Origin: Planctomycetota bacterium
GTDB lineage: Bacteria > Planctomycetota > UBA11346
DNA length: 64,000 nt
Reading direction: 5' to 3'
Assembly (NCBI GenBank): GCA_025055595.1
Contig: JANWWU010000022.1
Span: 429-64,428, forward strand
A model generated the notes under the pieces. It had not been told where the DNA came from. It ran no database searches and saw only the letters and a program-made list of their open reading frames with translations. Positions 1 through 10,446 of this stretch are shown here, in pieces. Position 1 is the first letter of the stretch, and every line of letters starts with the position of its first letter. The position numbers were made by a program, and so were the translations under genes.

Positions 1-138
1 AGTGAGTGTGTGGCGCAGTCAAAAACCGCAAGTGTCGCTTGGCGCAGCATTCATTGTTTCTTCATCCGGCGTCTGCGCCGCCAGCGGACGGCGCGGCGGA
101 TGCCTTGGGCTGCCCGCGCTCTGCGCTACGCTGCAAAT

Positions 139-1038
139 ATGCCGCGCGACCTGCAGCTGCGCCTGCTCTTCGGCGCCGCGCTGATCGCGATCGTCGGCGG
201 CGCGGTCGCGCTTGATCTCGGCAGCGGCCAGCGCTGGGGCGCGCTGGCGCTCGGCGGTGCCGCGGCGGCGCTCGGGGCGCGCGAGTTCGCGCGCCTGGCA
301 CGGGTGCGCGCGGCCGGGGTCCGGCTGGCGCCGATGCTGCTCGTCTCCCTCGCCCTCGTCGCGATCGCGCACTGCTATCCGGGCGGCGTCTGGGCCCAGC
401 ACTGTCCGGAAGTGGCGGCGCGCCTCGCTTCGGCCCCGCTCGAAGCCCTGGTGCTCGGTGCCGGGCTGGTGTGGGCGACGCTGTCGCAGATGGTCGGACA
501 GCAGCCGACGGCCGGCTTCTTCGCGCAGGTCGGCGGCTCGCTGTTCGGCATGCTCTACCTCGGCGTCAATCTCTACCTCCTCGAGCGCCTGGCCCTGCTC
601 GGCGATCCCGCCCAGCCCGACCGCGGCCTGCAGTGGCTCGCCTGCTACCTCGTCGCGGTCAAGTGCGGCGATGTCACAGCCTACTTCGGCGGCCGGGCCT
701 TCGGCCGCCATGCCCTGTGCCCGGCGATCAGCCCGGGCAAGACCTGGGAAGGCTTCGCCTGCAGCTTCCTCGGCGCGATCGGCGGCACCTGGCTCATGCA
801 CGCGCTGTTCGCCAGCATCGGCGCCTCGCCCTTCGCGGCCTGGTGGCAGCCCGTGATCTGGGGCCTGGTCCTCGGCCCCTTGGGCGCGGCCGGCGACCTC
901 GCGGAAAGCTGCATGAAGCGCGACGCGGCGATGAAGGACAGCGGCCGCGGGGCGCCAGGCTTCGGCGGCTACCTCGACCTGCTCGACGCCGTCTTGTTCG
1001 CCGCCCCCGTCGCCTTCCTGCTCGCCGTCGCCATGTGA
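139..1038 (+). CDS. cdsA: phosphatidate cytidylyltransferase
   Basis: Hydrophobic protein with DVTAYFGGRAFG, ISPGKTWEG, GDLAESCMKR..KDSG..PGFGGYLD motifs; start taken at ATG 139 rather than track start 10. Confidence 0.92.
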   Translation: MPRDLQLRLLFGAALIAIVGGAVALDLGSGQRWGALALGGAAAALGAREFARLARVRAAGVRLAPMLLVSLALVAIAHCYPGGVWAQHCPEVAARLASAPLEALVLGAGLVWATLSQMVGQQPTAGFFAQVGGSLFGMLYLGVNLYLLERLALLGDPAQPDRGLQWLACYLVAVKCGDVTAYFGGRAFGRHALCPAISPGKTWEGFACSFLGAIGGTWLMHALFASIGASPFAAWWQPVIWGLVLGPLGAAGDLAESCMKRDAAMKDSGRGAPGFGGYLDLLDAVLFAAPVAFLLAVAM

Positions 1039-1044
1039 GCGGGT

Positions 1045-2694
1045 TTGACCGCTGCCGGCGTCGCCGAACATGGCGGCGTGCGCATCGCGATCGCTCAGCT
1101 CGATCTCCGCATCGCCGACTTCGCGGCGGCCGCGCAGGCGATCGGCGAGGCGGCGCGCGCGGCCCGCGCCGCCGGCTGCGATCTGCTGGTGACCCCGGAG
1201 CTGGCGGCCTTCGGCGGCTATCCGCCGCGCGACCTGCTCGAGCGACGCGATCTCGTGCTCGCGCAGTGGCGTTGCGTGCAGGAGCTGGCAGCCGAGCTCG
1301 CCCTGCCGACGCTCGTCGGCTGCGCCGAGCCGCTGGAGCCCGGCATCGGGCCGGCGCTGGCGAACAGCCTGGTGCTGCTCGCCGATGGCCGGGTGGTCGC
1401 CAGCTACCGCAAGCGCCTGCTGCCGACCTACGATGTCTTCGACGAGCGGCGCTATTTTCGGCCCGGGGACGCCCCGTTGCTGATCGCGCTCGCTGGACGG
1501 CGCATCGCGCTGAGCATCTGCGAGGACATCTGGACGGCGGACTTCGCCGGCATCGCCTACTGCCAGGATCCGCTGGCCGACATCGCCGGACGCTGCGATG
1601 TGCTGGTCAATGCCAGCGCTTCGCCCTGGCACCTCGGCAAGCCGGCGCTGCGCCACCGCTTGCTGCACAGCGTCGCGCGGCGCATCGGCGCGCCCGTCGT
1701 CTATGTCAATCAGGTCGGCGGGCAGGACGAGCTGCTCTTTGACGGCGACTCGGCGGCGATCGCCCCCGATGGCGGCTGGATCTGCGCTGCCCCGCGCTGG
1801 CAGCAGGGGCTGTGGGTCGCCGACCTCGCCGCGCGCTGCCCGGCGCCGCCAGCGCCTCATCCCCTCGATGACCTGCATGCGGCGCTGGTCACCGGCATCC
1901 GCGACTACTGCCGCAAGACCGGTCAGCAGCGGGTGGTGCTCGGTCTTTCGGGCGGCATCGACAGCGCGCTGACCGCCGCCCTCGCGGTCGATGCCTTGGG
2001 CGCGGACGCGGTGACCGGCCTGCTGATGCCCGGGCCCTTCAGCAGCCCGGGATCGGTCAGCGACGCTCGGCGCCTCGCCGACAACCTCGGCATCCAGCGA
2101 GCGATCCTGCCGATCAGCGAGCTGTGGGAGCGGGCGCTGGCGGTGCTCGCGCCGCTCGGGGAGCCGTCCGACCTCACCAGCCAGAACCTGCAGGCGCGCC
2201 TGCGCGGTACCCTGGTGATGGCGGCGGCCAATCAGCTCGGCGCGATGGCGCTGACCACCGGCAACAAGAGCGAGCTCGCCACCGGCTACTGCACGATCTA
2301 CGGCGACATGAACGGCGGGCTGGCGCCGCTGGGCGATGTCTACAAGACGACGGTGTGGGAGCTCGCGCGGCGCATCAACGAGCGCGCCGGCGCCGAGCGC
2401 ATCCCGCAGGCCTCGATCGACAAGGCGCCGAGCGCGGAGCTGCGCCCGAACCAGACCGATCAGGACACCCTGCCGCCCTATCCGGTGCTCGATCGCATTC
2501 TGATCGCCTACCTCGAGGAAGGCCGCAGCCGCGACGACCTCGTCGCTGCCGGCGAGGACGCTGCGACCGTCGATCGCGTGCTGCGGATGGTCGAGCTCTC
2601 GGAGTTCAAGCGCCGGCAGGCGGCACCGGCGCTGCGCGTCTCGCGCAAGGCCTTCGGGATGGGGCGGCGCATCCCGATCGCGCGCGCGTGCTGA
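1045..2694 (+). CDS. nadE: glutamine-dependent NAD+ synthetase
   Basis: Nitrilase domain (PEL, KRLLPTYDVFDE, ICEDIW) plus synthetase domain (GLSGGIDS, QNLQARLRG, TGNKSE, KAPSAEL). Confidence 0.96.
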   Translation: MTAAGVAEHGGVRIAIAQLDLRIADFAAAAQAIGEAARAARAAGCDLLVTPELAAFGGYPPRDLLERRDLVLAQWRCVQELAAELALPTLVGCAEPLEPGIGPALANSLVLLADGRVVASYRKRLLPTYDVFDERRYFRPGDAPLLIALAGRRIALSICEDIWTADFAGIAYCQDPLADIAGRCDVLVNASASPWHLGKPALRHRLLHSVARRIGAPVVYVNQVGGQDELLFDGDSAAIAPDGGWICAAPRWQQGLWVADLAARCPAPPAPHPLDDLHAALVTGIRDYCRKTGQQRVVLGLSGGIDSALTAALAVDALGADAVTGLLMPGPFSSPGSVSDARRLADNLGIQRAILPISELWERALAVLAPLGEPSDLTSQNLQARLRGTLVMAAANQLGAMALTTGNKSELATGYCTIYGDMNGGLAPLGDVYKTTVWELARRINERAGAERIPQASIDKAPSAELRPNQTDQDTLPPYPVLDRILIAYLEEGRSRDDLVAAGEDAATVDRVLRMVELSEFKRRQAAPALRVSRKAFGMGRRIPIARAC

Positions 2695-4076
2695 GAGTCC
2701 TCGGCCTGGGCGCAGGGCTGGCCTCGGCGCTGGCGGGCGCGTCGCCGGCCGCCCTGGAACCAGGGCCGGGCGGCGTGTGGCCGCGCCTGCTCATTGCCAG
2801 CAGCAACGATCTGTTCGGAAACGGTCTCGGCAACGGCGACGACTTTCGGACCGCGGGGGCGGCGGCGCAGCTGCGGCTGGGGCCGCTGCTGCTGGTCGGC
2901 GATGCCGCACTGCTGACCGATCGCAGCGGCGGCACGCGCTGCGATGTCGTCTTTGGCGGGGCGCTGTGGCGCTGGGGCGGGGAGGCGACGCGGCTCGGCT
3001 GGTCGGCGACGGCGGCCGTCGGCGGCGGGGTGCGCGCTGCCGGTTCCCTCGGCGGTGCCGAGATCCAGAACCGCGTGCACCGGCTGCTCGGCATCGCCGG
3101 GGTGTCGCTGGCCTACGACGGGGACCTGACGGCGTCGCCGGCGCTCCTCGCCGCGGCTGCCGGCGGCTGGTGGAGCCCGGCGCCGCTCGGCACGGGCTGG
3201 TGGGGCTGGGAGTTCGTCGCGTGCGGCTCGGCGGTCGGCGACGGCGAACGGCAGCTGACTGCCGGGCCGCGCTGGGTCCTGCTCGGCCAGGAAGGGTCCT
3301 GGTGGCTCGCTGCCTACCGCCAGTGGTGGGACGGCGAGCCGCCGCGAGCGACGCTGGCGACCGTCGCCTCGCGCGAGAGCGGCTGGTGGGCCGAGATCGG
3401 CAGCGATGCCGTGCCCTGGGGGCGCGGCCCCCGGGCCTGGGGCTATCGCGTGCGCTCGGCGTGGAACCCGCAGACCCGCGCCGCGCTCGGCAGCGTCGGA
3501 GTGGTGTGGGCGCCGGGCGTCGCAGGGGCCGGCGCCGAGCTGTGGCTCGAGCACGAGCTCGCGCTCTACACCGGCGGCGGCCTCGGGGTGCAGCTGCGCT
3601 GGCGGCCCTGGCCGTGGCAGGACAGCGGCCGCTGGTGCGGGCCGCTGCTCGACTATCGCTTCGGCACCGAACCCGCGGGCCGGCACCTGCTCGATCTCGG
3701 TTCCGGCGAGGCGCCGGCGGAGGCCGATCTGCGGCATGATCAGCTGAGCATCGGCTGGGAGGAAGCGTGGCGCTCGCCGCCGCACGGGCGCTGGCGCGCC
3801 ATCCCCTTCGTGCAGGCGAGCAGCGGGCTGCGCCAGGAGGGCCTGGTCGTCATCGGGCAGCGGCGCGTGCAGCACAGCACGCGGGCGACCACGATCGCGC
3901 TGCGCGGCGGCTGCGGGCTGCGGGCGGAGTGGGCGGAGACCCTGAGCCTCGGCCTGAGCTGGGAGGGCTGGCTGCCGGCCTGGCGCGAGACGCTGTCGGC
4001 GCCTCCGCTCGTCGTGACGCTCAACGATGCGGGCTGGGCCTGGGGCGCGCAGCTCGCAGCGCTGCTCGCCTGGTGA
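2688..4076 (+). CDS. putative outer-membrane beta-barrel protein, N-terminus resembling lipid A deacylase LpxR family
   Basis: GTG overlapping nadE end, signal-like N-terminus, [14 protein letters not shown] motif, Trp/Gly-rich alternating strands, C-terminal Trp. Confidence 0.55.
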   Translation: MLRVLGLGAGLASALAGASPAALEPGPGGVWPRLLIASSNDLFGNGLGNGDDFRTAGAAAQLRLGPLLLVGDAALLTDRSGGTRCDVVFGGALWRWGGEATRLGWSATAAVGGGVRAAGSLGGAEIQNRVHRLLGIAGVSLAYDGDLTASPALLAAAAGGWWSPAPLGTGWWGWEFVACGSAVGDGERQLTAGPRWVLLGQEGSWWLAAYRQWWDGEPPRATLATVASRESGWWAEIGSDAVPWGRGPRAWGYRVRSAWNPQTRAALGSVGVVWAPGVAGAGAELWLEHELALYTGGGLGVQLRWRPWPWQDSGRWCGPLLDYRFGTEPAGRHLLDLGSGEAPAEADLRHDQLSIGWEEAWRSPPHGRWRAIPFVQASSGLRQEGLVVIGQRRVQHSTRATTIALRGGCGLRAEWAETLSLGLSWEGWLPAWRETLSAPPLVVTLNDAGWAWGAQLAALLAW

Positions 4077-4100
4077 GGCGGGGCGCCGCCCCGCCCCTTT
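4077..4100 (+). terminator. possible intrinsic terminator
   Basis: GGCGGGGC-GCC-GCCCCGCC hairpin directly after stop, followed by only CCTTT (weak U tract). Confidence 0.3.
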
Positions 4101-4130
4101 CGCCGGCCGGAAGCGGCATATGTTGCAGCA

Positions 4131-4715
4131 ATGCGCCGTGTTCTTCTCATCGCCCTGGTCGTGAGCGCGCTGAGCGCTGGCGACAGCGGCGATGCCCCGC
4201 GCTATGCGGTGATCCGCCTGATCGATGCGATCAACGCCAGCCGCAGCTATCAGGAGCGCATCGAGCGCTTCCGCCAGGAGGAAGCGCAGATCAAGGCCCG
4301 GCTCAAGGAGTTCGAAGACCAGATCCAGAGGCTGTCGACCTCCCTCGAGGCCCTGCCCGCGGGCAGCGAGCGCTTCTTGCAGATCCAGGAAGAGCTGGAG
4401 GCGACCAAGGCGCGGCGCGAGGCCTATGCCCGGCGCGTCACCGCGGATTTCGAGCGGCGGCAGATCGCGATCATCCGCGAGCAGTACCAGCTGGCGCTCG
4501 ATCGGCTGGCGGAGTTCTGCCGCCAGCGCGGCATCCGCCTCGTCCTGCAGGCGGCCGAGCGCGATCTCGCGGCGCGCGACCTGATGCTGATGAACCTGCG
4601 CGTCGAGATGCAGACCGCGCTCTTCTACGATCCCGCGCTGGACATCACCGATGCCTTCGTCGGCTATGCCAATCAGCGCTACGCCGACGAGGCGGCGAAG
4701 GCGGGCAATCCGTGA
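4131..4715 (+). CDS. skp: OmpH/Skp periplasmic chaperone
   Basis: Signal peptide, long coiled coil, C-terminal [10 protein letters not shown]; lies before lpxD. Confidence 0.85.
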   Translation: MRRVLLIALVVSALSAGDSGDAPRYAVIRLIDAINASRSYQERIERFRQEEAQIKARLKEFEDQIQRLSTSLEALPAGSERFLQIQEELEATKARREAYARRVTADFERRQIAIIREQYQLALDRLAEFCRQRGIRLVLQAAERDLAARDLMLMNLRVEMQTALFYDPALDITDAFVGYANQRYADEAAKAGNP

Positions 4716-5791
4716 GCGCGGGCTGGTCGATCACCGTCGGCGAGCTGGCGCAGCTGATCGGTGGCCGGGTGGTGCCCGCGGCCGGGGAGGACCAGGCGAC
4801 GGCCAGTGCCCGCGCGCTGCGCGGCCTGGCGGGCCTGCACGAGGCCGGACCGGCGGATCTCAGCTTCCTGACCAATCCGCGCTACGAGAGCCAGCTCGCC
4901 AGCACGCGCGCGGGCTGCGTGCTGATCGCCAGCGAGCGCGCGCCCCTGCCGCACGCGGCGCAGCTCGTCGTCCCCCATCCCGATGCCACCCTCGCGCAGC
5001 TCGTCGCGCGCTTCGCGCCGCCGCCGGCGCAGCCCCCGCTCGGCATCCATCCGACGGCGGTGATCGGCGAGCGCGTACGGCTCGGTCGCGGCTGCCGCAT
5101 CGGCCCCTATGTCGTGATCGGCGACGACTGCGAGCTCGGCGACGGCTGCGTCCTGCACGCCCAGGTCGTGCTCGGGGAGGGGGTGCGGCTCGGACCGGGC
5201 TGCGTGCTCTATCCGCATGCCAGCGTCCGCGAGCGCTGCGTGCTCGGCGCCCGCGTGATCGTGCACAACGGGGCGGTGATCGGCTCCGACGGCTTCGGCT
5301 ACGCGACGGTCGACGGCGTGCACCACAAGATTCCGCAGATCGGCACCGTCGTCATCGAAGACGATGTCGAGATCGGAGCGAACACCGCGATCGACCGCGC
5401 GCGCTTCGGCCGCACGCGGATCGGCGCCGGCACCAAGATCGACAACCTCGTGCAGATCGCGCACAATGTCGAGATCGGACCGCACAGCATCATCGTCGCC
5501 CAGGCCGGGATCGCCGGCTCGAGCAAGCTCGGGCATCATGTGACGCTCGCCGGGCAGGCGGGCATCGCCGGCCACCTGCGCATCGGCGACCGCGTCACCG
5601 TCACCGGGCAGTGCGGGGTGACCAAGGACCTGCCCGAGGGCGCGGTGGTCCGCGGCTCGCCGGCCCAGGACTTCAAGGCGCAGATCGCGCAGGAGGTGGC
5701 GGTGCGCAAGCTGCCCGGGGTGCTGGCGCGCCTGGCGCGCCTCGAGCAGCAGATCGCCGGGCTCTTGGCCGACAAGGAGCCTCGTTCATGA
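4712..5791 (+). CDS. lpxD: UDP-3-O-(3-hydroxyacyl)glucosamine N-acyltransferase
   Basis: Hexapeptide repeats, [28 protein letters not shown]; GTG overlaps skp stop. Confidence 0.95.
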   Translation: MSAGWSITVGELAQLIGGRVVPAAGEDQATASARALRGLAGLHEAGPADLSFLTNPRYESQLASTRAGCVLIASERAPLPHAAQLVVPHPDATLAQLVARFAPPPAQPPLGIHPTAVIGERVRLGRGCRIGPYVVIGDDCELGDGCVLHAQVVLGEGVRLGPGCVLYPHASVRERCVLGARVIVHNGAVIGSDGFGYATVDGVHHKIPQIGTVVIEDDVEIGANTAIDRARFGRTRIGAGTKIDNLVQIAHNVEIGPHSIIVAQAGIAGSSKLGHHVTLAGQAGIAGHLRIGDRVTVTGQCGVTKDLPEGAVVRGSPAQDFKAQIAQEVAVRKLPGVLARLARLEQQIAGLLADKEPRS

Positions 5792-7074
5792 GCGTGCAGC
5801 GGACCATCGGCACCGATGTCAGCATCTCCGGCATCGGCCTGCACAGCGGGGAGCCGTGCACCGTGACCTGCCGCCCCGCCCCGCCCGATCACGGCATCGT
5901 CTTCGTGCGCACCGACCTGCCGGGCCAGCCCTGCGTGCTGGCGCATCCCGAGCACCTCTGCCAGCGGCAGCGCCGCACCGCCCTCGCCGTCGGCGCGGTC
6001 GAGATCCACACCTGCGAGCACTTCCTCGCCGCGGCCTACGGCCTCGGCATCGACAACCTGCGCGTCGAGCTGACGGCCACCGAGCTGCCCGGCCTCGACG
6101 GCTCGGCCAAGCCTTTCGTCGAGCTGCTGGCCGGCGCCGGCATCATCGAGCAGGGCGTGGAGCGGCGCACCTTCGAGCTCGGCGAGCCCGTCTCGGTCAG
6201 CCATGACAACCGCTCGATCATCGCCCTGCCGTGGAAGGGCGGCCTGAAGATCACCTACACGCTCGATGACCACGGCGGGGCGCTGCTCGGCGCCCAGGTG
6301 GTCGAGATCGAGGTCAATGAGCGCAGCTTCGCCGAGCAGATCGCGCCGGCGCGGACCTTCTGCATGAAGCACGAGGTCGAGGCGCTGCGCGCCGCCGGGC
6401 TCGGCAAGGGTGCGACCTACGAGAACACCTGCGTCTACGACGGCGACCGGGTGATCGGCACCACCCTGCGCTTCCGCGACGAGGCGGCGCGCCACAAGAT
6501 CCTCGATCTCATCGGGGACCTGGCGCATGTCCGCCGCCGCCTACAGGCGCACATCGTCGCCGTGCGCACCGGCCACCGCGAGAACATGCAGCTCGTCCAG
6601 GAGCTGAACCGGCGCATCGCCGAGCAGGAGAAGCCGCGCGTCATCTTCGACACCCGGCGCATCCTCGAGCTGCTGCCGCACCGCTTCCCGATGCTGCTCG
6701 TCGACCGCATCGTCGAGTACGAGGCCGGCAAGCGCATCGTCGGCATCAAGGGCGTCTCGATCAACGAGCCGTTCTTCGCCGGACACTTCCCCGGCAATCC
6801 GGTGATGCCGGGCGTGCTGCAGCTCGAGGCGATGGCGCAGACCGGGGCGATCATGCTGATGCTGCACGAGGAACCGGGCAGCCGGCGGATCCCGTTCCTG
6901 ATGAGCATGGAGAAGGTGAAGTTCCGGCGCCCGGTCGTGCCGGGCGATGTCCTGCGCATCGAGCTCGAGGTCCTGCGCCTGCGCAGCCGGATGAGCGCCT
7001 GCATGGGCAAGACCCTGGTCGATGGCCAAGTGTGCTGCGAGGCCGAGATCCGCTCGGTGATGATGGAGCCGTGA
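5788..7074 (+). CDS. lpxC: bifunctional LpxC deacetylase / FabZ dehydratase
   Basis: [37 protein letters not shown] followed by Fab[33 protein letters not shown]. Confidence 0.95.
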   Translation: MSVQRTIGTDVSISGIGLHSGEPCTVTCRPAPPDHGIVFVRTDLPGQPCVLAHPEHLCQRQRRTALAVGAVEIHTCEHFLAAAYGLGIDNLRVELTATELPGLDGSAKPFVELLAGAGIIEQGVERRTFELGEPVSVSHDNRSIIALPWKGGLKITYTLDDHGGALLGAQVVEIEVNERSFAEQIAPARTFCMKHEVEALRAAGLGKGATYENTCVYDGDRVIGTTLRFRDEAARHKILDLIGDLAHVRRRLQAHIVAVRTGHRENMQLVQELNRRIAEQEKPRVIFDTRRILELLPHRFPMLLVDRIVEYEAGKRIVGIKGVSINEPFFAGHFPGNPVMPGVLQLEAMAQTGAIMLMLHEEPGSRRIPFLMSMEKVKFRRPVVPGDVLRIELEVLRLRSRMSACMGKTLVDGQVCCEAEIRSVMMEP

Positions 7075-7604
7075 GCCCCGCCGCCGGCATGTTCCTGGTC
7101 GCCGCCCCGCACCTCGGGGACCCCAACTTCATGCGCAGCGTCGTCTACCTGCTGCGCCACGGCGAGGACGGCAGCATGGGGCTGATCGTCAATCGTCCGC
7201 TGCCGATGCCGCTGTCGGAGATCTGGGACGAGACGCCGGAGGGCCTGCGCGATGCGCAGGTCGTCGCCGAAGGTGGCCCGGTCGACCGCCATCAGGGGCT
7301 GCTGCTGCACGGCGATCCCTCGTTGCCGGGCTGCCAGCCGCTGGCCGCCGATCTCGCGATCGGCGGGGAGCGCGCGGCGCTCGCCGTGCGCTATGCGCGC
7401 GGCCCGGACGGCAGCGGTCCTCGGCTCTTCCTCGGTTATGCTGGATGGGGCCCGGGTCAGCTCGCCGAAGAGATCGCCGAGGGTGCCTGGCTGCTGCGGC
7501 CGGGCAGCGCGCTGCATGTCGTCATGGCGCCCGACCACGATCTGTGGCAGCGCCTGCTCGCCGGCGGCAGCGCCGTCGGCCCGCCGGCGCCGTCGCTGAA
7601 CTAG
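7071..7604 (+). CDS. YqgE/AlgH family protein (DUF179)
   Basis: LVAAP..DPNF.RSVV, GLIVNRP, GGPV, RLFLGYAGWGPGQL..EI..GAW. Confidence 0.92.
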   Translation: MSPAAGMFLVAAPHLGDPNFMRSVVYLLRHGEDGSMGLIVNRPLPMPLSEIWDETPEGLRDAQVVAEGGPVDRHQGLLLHGDPSLPGCQPLAADLAIGGERAALAVRYARGPDGSGPRLFLGYAGWGPGQLAEEIAEGAWLLRPGSALHVVMAPDHDLWQRLLAGGSAVGPPAPSLN

Positions 7605-7605
7605 C

Positions 7606-8439
7606 CTAGAGCGCGAGGTCGTCGGCGATCGCGAAGGCGCGATCGACCAGGGCCTGCAGCTCGCCGAGGCGCAGCTCGAGGCGCGCGACGGCCCAGTCGT
7701 CGAAGGCCGGCACGAAGCGATCGCAGCTCGGCCCGAAGCCGATGGCGCGGGTCAGCACATGCGCGACCTGGACGAGGGCGCAGATATCGGCGTAGGGACC
7801 GCCGCTGCTGGGCTCGCGCCAGCGGCCGAGCACGGCCGCCAGCGGCTCGGGCAGGGACCAGGTTTGCGCCGCGCGCTGCGCCAGCTCGGGAAGCGGCATG
7901 CCGAGCTCCTCGGCGAGGGCCTCGGGCAGCGCCAGCTCGGCGCTGCGGCAGCGCGCCACCGCGCGCGCGTGCGCTTCCGGAAAATGGATGGCGACGAAAG
8001 CGGCGACGAGATCGTGGATCAGACCCGCGACGCGCAGCGCTTCTTCGTCCCACAGCTCGGCGAGGCGCAGGCGGTGGCGGTACACGGCCGCCAGCACGAC
8101 GACGAGGTGGCTGACGAGGTAGGCCTGCGCCCAGAAGGCCTTGATCAGCGCCTGCTCCGCGCCGGTGACGGGCAGGGCGCAGCGCGCCGTGGTCAGCACG
8201 GTGCCGAGGCCGTTGTGCACGACGGCCTCCGAGAGGCGATGGGTCGCGCAGCCGGCGGCGTTCGCCTGTCCGATCACCAGGGCGGTCAGCGCCGGATCGG
8301 TCCCCAGGATGTCGATGACGATCCGCGGCGGGGTATCGCCGATCGCGATGACGCGTTCGAGCTGCGCCAGGGTCGATGGCAGCGTCGGCATGCTGGCGCT
8401 CAGCAGGCGAGCAGCGATCGTGGCAGGCGACAGCGGCAT
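7606..8439 (-). CDS. HDOD domain protein
   Basis: MPTLP..L, DPALTALVI..AN, AGLIHDL, WSLP..L pattern typical of HDOD. Confidence 0.8.
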   Translation of the reverse strand: MPLSPATIAARLLSASMPTLPSTLAQLERVIAIGDTPPRIVIDILGTDPALTALVIGQANAAGCATHRLSEAVVHNGLGTVLTTARCALPVTGAEQALIKAFWAQAYLVSHLVVVLAAVYRHRLRLAELWDEEALRVAGLIHDLVAAFVAIHFPEAHARAVARCRSAELALPEALAEELGMPLPELAQRAAQTWSLPEPLAAVLGRWREPSSGGPYADICALVQVAHVLTRAIGFGPSCDRFVPAFDDWAVARLELRLGELQALVDRAFAIADDLAL

Positions 8440-8440
8440 C

Positions 8441-8746
8441 TCAGCTCCGACGCGCGAGGGCGTTGGCGACGCAGGCGCGCAGCGCTGCCATCAGCGGCAG
8501 GTGCTCGACCCGGGCGAAGCGCTCGGCGAGCCCCGCCATCTGCTCCTCGAAGCTTCCCCGCTCGGTGGTGCGCGGCAGCGGCTGGCCGCGGACGACGATG
8601 CGCGGCACTCCGCGCTTCAAGAGCAGGGCGATCATCGCATCGGTCAGCGCCGTGCCCTCGCCGATCAGCACTAGTCCGTCGACGACGACCGGCCGCGCCA
8701 GCACCATGCCGGGAGCGCTGAAAATGACCGGGATGCGCTGCTCCAC
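8441..8746 (-). CDS. small hypothetical protein (PGMVLA..LI..G..LT type) partner of HDOD gene
   Basis: PGMVLARPV...LIGEGTALTDAMIALL resembles N-terminal modules of HD-GYP/HDOD-associated proteins; 1-bp gap to HDOD gene. Confidence 0.65.
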   Translation of the reverse strand: MEQRIPVIFSAPGMVLARPVVVDGLVLIGEGTALTDAMIALLLKRGVPRIVVRGQPLPRTTERGSFEEQMAGLAERFARVEHLPLMAALRACVANALARRS

Positions 8747-8879
8747 GCCTGCACTCTAACAAACGGCGTGCCGAAAGGAAGGGGGCTCGCCGTTCGCGAT
8801 TGGCACGGCGAGCGACGGTCTCTCCCGCGCGACGCCGGCCTGCGCTGCAGAAAGCAACGCCGGCGTTCAAGGAGGCCAC

Positions 8880-9314
8880 ATGCGTTGGTGGTACTTGCTG
8901 ATGCTCGCCCTGCCTGCGCTCGCCGGCGAGGCGCCGCTGTTCACCGATCAGGAGTGGGCAGCAGCTGCACAAGCGCGGCCGCTGGCCAGCGCTCCGGGCT
9001 GGGAGACCCTGCTGATCATCATCATCGGCCTCGGCGTCGTCGTCGCGCTCGCCGTCGGGTGCGGCTGGCTGGCGCGGCGCCTCGGCGCCCGCCGCTTCTT
9101 GAGCGGCGGCGGGCAGCGCCTGGAGGTCGTCGAGAGCGTGCAGCTGGCGCCGCGGCGGCGCCTGGTGCTGGTGCGCGTCGACGCGCAGTGGGTCCTGGTC
9201 GGGGTCGGCGAGCGCGAGCTGACGCCGCTGGTCCTGCTGCCGAACGCGCCGGCGTCGCCGCCCTTCGCGCGCGAGCTGGCGCGCCTCGCCCCCGAGTCGG
9301 GGAACGAGCCGTGA
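8880..9314 (+). CDS. fliO: flagellar export protein FliO
   Basis: AAGGAGG RBS; TM segment then LEVVESVQLAPRRRLVLVRVD...LVGV; precedes fliP. Confidence 0.85.
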   Translation: MRWWYLLMLALPALAGEAPLFTDQEWAAAAQARPLASAPGWETLLIIIIGLGVVVALAVGCGWLARRLGARRFLSGGGQRLEVVESVQLAPRRRLVLVRVDAQWVLVGVGERELTPLVLLPNAPASPPFARELARLAPESGNEP

Positions 9315-10168
9315 TCCGCTTCCTGCTGTGCCTCGCCTGCCTCGCGCTCGGGGCCGGCGCGCTCGCCGCCGCCGAGGCGACCGCCGGCATCGTCGCCGAC
9401 CTCGAGGCCCCGCTGCGGGGCGTCGCGGGGAGCAGCGAGGGCCTGGCCCCGCCGGCGCCGATGCGCGTCGATCCGCCGGGACCGGCGAGCCCGGTGCTGC
9501 CGCCGGCCCAGCTGCGCCTGTCGCTCGAGACCGGCAGCGACGGCTTCACCACCGCCGTCCGCCTGCTGCTGCTGATCACCGTCCTCTCGGTCGCTCCGGC
9601 CTTCATCGTGATGATGACCTGCTTCACGCGGGTGATCATCGTCCTCGGCTTCGTGCGCCGCGCCCTCGGCACCCAGACCCTGCCGCCCAACCAGGTGGTC
9701 GTCGGCCTCGCGCTGTTCCTCACCCTCTTCATCATGGCGCCGACGATCCAGCGCCTGGAGCGCGAGGCCTGGACGCCGCTGCAGGAGCGGAAGATCAGCG
9801 AAAGCCAGGCCCTCGAAGCGGCCAAGGCGGCGGTCAAGGACTTCATGCTCAAGCACACGCGCAAGAGCGACCTCGCGCTGTTCATCCGCCTCGCCGGCGA
9901 TGAGCGGCCGCGCAGCGCCGCCGATGTCCGCTTCCTGACCCTGGTGCCGGCCTTCATCACCAGCGAGCTCAAGACCGCGTTCCAGATGGGCTTCGTCATC
10001 TTCCTGCCCTTCCTGGTCATCGATCTCGTCGTCTCGGCGATCCTGATGAGTCTCGGCATGATGATGCTGCCGCCCGTCGTCGTCTCCCTGCCGTTCAAGA
10101 TCCTGCTGTTCGTCCTCGTCGATGGCTGGACGCTGGTCGTCAGCGGACTGGCGGCCTCTTACGCGTGA
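9311..10168 (+). CDS. fliP: flagellar export gate protein FliP
   Basis: MMTCFTRVIIVL, PPNQV, PAFITSELKTAFQMG, MMMLPP...PFKILLFVLVDGW. Confidence 0.96.
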   Translation: MIRFLLCLACLALGAGALAAAEATAGIVADLEAPLRGVAGSSEGLAPPAPMRVDPPGPASPVLPPAQLRLSLETGSDGFTTAVRLLLLITVLSVAPAFIVMMTCFTRVIIVLGFVRRALGTQTLPPNQVVVGLALFLTLFIMAPTIQRLEREAWTPLQERKISESQALEAAKAAVKDFMLKHTRKSDLALFIRLAGDERPRSAADVRFLTLVPAFITSELKTAFQMGFVIFLPFLVIDLVVSAILMSLGMMMLPPVVVSLPFKILLFVLVDGWTLVVSGLAASYA

Positions 10169-10175
10169 GGCGCCG

Positions 10176-10445
10176 ATGACCGATACTGTCGTCGAGCTGC
10201 TGCGCGACATGCTGTGGGTCAGCCTGCTGCTGTCGGCACCCGTCCTGCTGACCGCCCTCATCGTCGGCCTGATCATCGGCCTGCTCCAGGCCGTCACCTC
10301 GATCCAGGAGCAGACGCTGACCTTCGTGCCGAAGATCCTCGCCCTGGCCTTGGTCCTCGTCCTGCTCGGCGGCTGGATGCTGCGGCACCTCGTCGCTTAC
10401 AGCGCCGCGCTGCTCGCCGATCTGCCGCGCTACGGAGCGCTGTGA
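10176..10445 (+). CDS. fliQ: flagellar export gate protein FliQ
   Basis: GLLQAVTSIQEQTLTFVPKI. Confidence 0.95.
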   Translation: MTDTVVELLRDMLWVSLLLSAPVLLTALIVGLIIGLLQAVTSIQEQTLTFVPKILALALVLVLLGGWMLRHLVAYSAALLADLPRYGAL

Positions 10446-10446
10446 G

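Noticed and set aside
8759-8815. Sigma54 promoter candidates (TGGCAC at 8801 on +; CGGCAC..TTGT on -)
   Set aside because: Neither has the required GC at the -12 position (GA and GT respectively)
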